Sequence record: MK250017.1
DNA: 64,000 bases
Reading direction: 5' to 3' (one strand)
Part shown: positions 61,846 to 64,000 of the stretch, one piece after another
Layout: each line of letters begins with the position of its first letter
Position numbering within the stretch: position 1 is the stretch's first letter
Made by a program: the position numbers and the translations under genes
Notes under the pieces: model-generated
Seen by the model: the letters and a program-made list of their open reading frames with translations, nothing else
The model's database searches: none
What the model was told of the DNA's origin: nothing

Positions 61846-62931
61846 TCATTTATTAATTGCTTCCAAATGTTCTTTTTCATTAGGTGTTAAATTATCAGGA
61901 ATCAAATAATGTACGCATACAAAATAATCTCCTCTTTGATTCATATCAGGTCGTTTAAGACCTTCACCAGATAATCGCATAACTGTACCTTCTTTAATAC
62001 AACTCTGCAACTTTATTGTTTTTGATACACCAGAAGGTATATTAACTGTATATGAACAACCAAGTAATAGTTTATAATAAGGTACATGAATATGCTCTAT
62101 TACATTCAAACCATCAACTTGATATTTGTTTGTATCAAATTTATAATCAGCTATAGCAATAAAATTACCATTCTGCCCAACTGATTTCTTTGATTCTGAT
62201 CCTTTACCACTATATACTTTATATTCACCATTCTGAATGCCTGTATTAAATTCAATTTCAATCTTTACTTCTTGCTTTTCAAATCCAGAACCACCACAAT
62301 GATTACATTTATTTTCTACATAAAAACCTGTTCCATGACATAATGGACAAATTTCTTCTTGAATTGAAAATGTTCCTCTTCCTATAAGAGACTGGTGAAT
62401 AATTTTTCCTGCACCATGACACTTTGGACATGTTTTCTGTCCAGTTCCACCAGCACCATGACATGACGGACAACGTACATCTCTCTTATATTTAACAACC
62501 TTCTTAATACCATTAAATATATCTTCAATAGTAACAGGAATTTTCATTTGAATATCTCTGCCTGGTTGAACTTGATTTCTCTGTTGTTTAGCACCTCCAA
62601 AACCGCTAAATCCTCCAAATGGATTAAATCCTCCAAATGGATCAAAACCCGATCCACCAAATGGATCAAAACCTGAACCACCAAATGGATTTTGCTGACC
62701 ATTTTCATCACCATATGTATCATAATTCTGTTTCTTCTGTGGATCACTCAATACTTCATATGCATGATTCACATCCTTAAATTTCTCTTCAGCTTCTTTT
62801 ACTTCAGATGGTGATTTACCTTTCTGCATATCAGGATGATATTTCTTTGAAAGTTTTCTATATGCTGTCTTTAAGTCTTTCTCATTACAATCTCTAGAAA
62901 CACCTAAAATTTCGTATAAGTCTTTTGCCAT
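61846..62931 (-). CDS. dnaJ: Chaperone DnaJ
   Basis: J domain HPD, G/F region, CxxCxGxG repeats. Confidence 0.95.
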   Translation of the reverse strand: MAKDLYEILGVSRDCNEKDLKTAYRKLSKKYHPDMQKGKSPSEVKEAEEKFKDVNHAYEVLSDPQKKQNYDTYGDENGQQNPFGGSGFDPFGGSGFDPFGGFNPFGGFSGFGGAKQQRNQVQPGRDIQMKIPVTIEDIFNGIKKVVKYKRDVRCPSCHGAGGTGQKTCPKCHGAGKIIHQSLIGRGTFSIQEEICPLCHGTGFYVENKCNHCGGSGFEKQEVKIEIEFNTGIQNGEYKVYSGKGSESKKSVGQNGNFIAIADYKFDTNKYQVDGLNVIEHIHVPYYKLLLGCSYTVNIPSGVSKTIKLQSCIKEGTVMRLSGEGLKRPDMNQRGDYFVCVHYLIPDNLTPNEKEHLEAINK

Positions 62932-63068
62932 ATTTAATAACTATATAATAACATTTAAAATAAAAAGGGAACTGAATACAATCCTCTTGTATACGTTCCC
63001 TTCTTCAAATACTTTTACTCACTTTTTATAGTTTTCATTTATTCTAAATTAAAATATTGTATTCTATT

Positions 63069-63097
63069 ATTTTATAGAATTTTTAGAAGTTAGTCTA
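63069..63097 (-). promoter_or_regulatory. Sigma-70-type promoter TAGACT-N17-TAAAAT (overlaps the dnaK terminator)
   Basis: -35 at 63092-63097, -10 at 63069-63074. Confidence 0.5.
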
Positions 63098-63126
63098 TAA
63101 ATTTATAGACTAACTTTTATATCTTT

Positions 63127-64000
63127 TTAGACCTCTTCGTATTCTGCTTCCTGAACGTTATCATCTGTCTTTGAATTCTCAGATGTTGAATTATTTGCAG
63201 TTGCATCACCAAAACCTGCATTTGCAAACATATCGTTAGGGTTTTGCGCAGAATTTTCCTGAGGTTGAGAACCACCAGCATTCTTATACATTTCTTCAAC
63301 AATTGGCTTAAATACTGTCTCAAGCTCTACACGTGCAGATTCTGCTGCAACAGCATCCTTCTTAGAAACTGCATCAAGTACTGCACTAATCTTTGTCTTC
63401 AATGTATCTTTCTTATCAGAAGGAATTGATGAACCTGTCTTCTCATCATCCATATACTTCTGAACCTGAGTTGCATACTGCTCTGCACCATTCAACTTAT
63501 CAACTTCATCCTTCTTCTTCTTATCTGCTTCTGCAAACTTCTCTGCATCTGCCTTAATACGTGCAATCTCTTCATCTGAAAGTGCATTAGGAGACTGAAT
63601 TGTTACCTTCTGCTCTTTATTTGTACCCTTATCTTTTGCTGTTACTTCAAGAATACCATCAGCATTAATATCAAATGTTACTTCAATCTGAGGAACACCC
63701 TTTGGTGCAGGTGCAATACCCTCCAAATTAAAATTACCAATTACCTTATTATCTGCAGACATTGGACGCTCACCCTGAAGAACCTTAATTGTTACTGCAG
63801 GCTGATTATCTACTGCTGTAGTAAATACCTGTGACTTACGTGTAGGAATAGTTGTATTTGCATCAATCAACTTTGCCATCTCACAACCATTTACCTCAAT
63901 ACCCAATGAAATTGGTGTTACATCAAGAAGAAGAACTGAATCTTCTGTTGCATTACCAGCAAGTGTATTTGCCTGAATTGCAGCACCAAGGGCAACAGCC
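63127..64000 (-). CDS. dnaK: Chaperone DnaK (3' part; runs off the window)
   Basis: [52 protein letters not shown] tail. Confidence 0.95.
   Translation of the reverse strand, partial: AVALGAAIQANTLAGNATEDSVLLLDVTPISLGIEVNGCEMAKLIDANTTIPTRKSQVFTTAVDNQPAVTIKVLQGERPMSADNKVIGNFNLEGIAPAPKGVPQIEVTFDINADGILEVTAKDKGTNKEQKVTIQSPNALSDEEIARIKADAEKFAEADKKKKDEVDKLNGAEQYATQVQKYMDDEKTGSSIPSDKKDTLKTKISAVLDAVSKKDAVAAESARVELETVFKPIVEEMYKNAGGSQPQENSAQNPNDMFANAGFGDATANNSTSENSKTDDNVQEAEYEEV

Noticed and set aside
1-64000. CRISPR array, DGR/retron, transposase, rRNA
   Set aside because: No regularly spaced repeats, reverse-transcriptase motifs, TR/VR pair, transposase or rRNA-like sequence seen

Overview
AT-rich segment of a jumbo/mega-phage that resembles the Lak phages of Prevotella and infects a Bacteroidetes host (nine copies of the Bacteroidetes TAnnTTTG promoter, no Shine-Dalgarno sites). 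It uses genetic code 15 (TAG=Gln). About 22 genes that look fragmented in the supplied ORF track join into full-length proteins when TAG is read as Gln, and TAG falls on conserved Gln residues (papain oxyanion-hole Q, GIY-YIG YIGQS, sigma-70 region 4.2, DUF285 FNQD). Two amber-suppressor tRNAs (anticodon CTA) flank a GIY-YIG homing endonuclease. Proteins: T4-like portal, prohead protease/scaffold, gp55 late sigma, the N-terminal half of a split family-B polymerase, an RpoD-like sigma, DnaK, DnaJ, ClpP, IF-1, Fhs, two PNKP-like enzymes, a lysozyme, a papain-like protease, an ART-fold protein, and NAMPT interrupted by a group I intron. RNAs: a tmRNA, a ~880-nt GOLLD-like RNA, two tRNA-like genes with aberrant anticodon loops, and one apparently circularly permuted tRNA-like gene. 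The strongest leads are (1) three promoter classes (host TAnnTTTG; TAGACT-N17-TATAAW; AATAAATA) that, with the placement of TAG codons, suggest a circuit in which a late-made and possibly virion-delivered sigma-70 switches on suppressor tRNAs that unlock DNA polymerase and gp55; (2) the permuted tRNA-like gene; (3) a family of late proteins with T4 capsid-targeting-like termini. All protein and RNA family calls come from motif recognition by eye, not from database searches.
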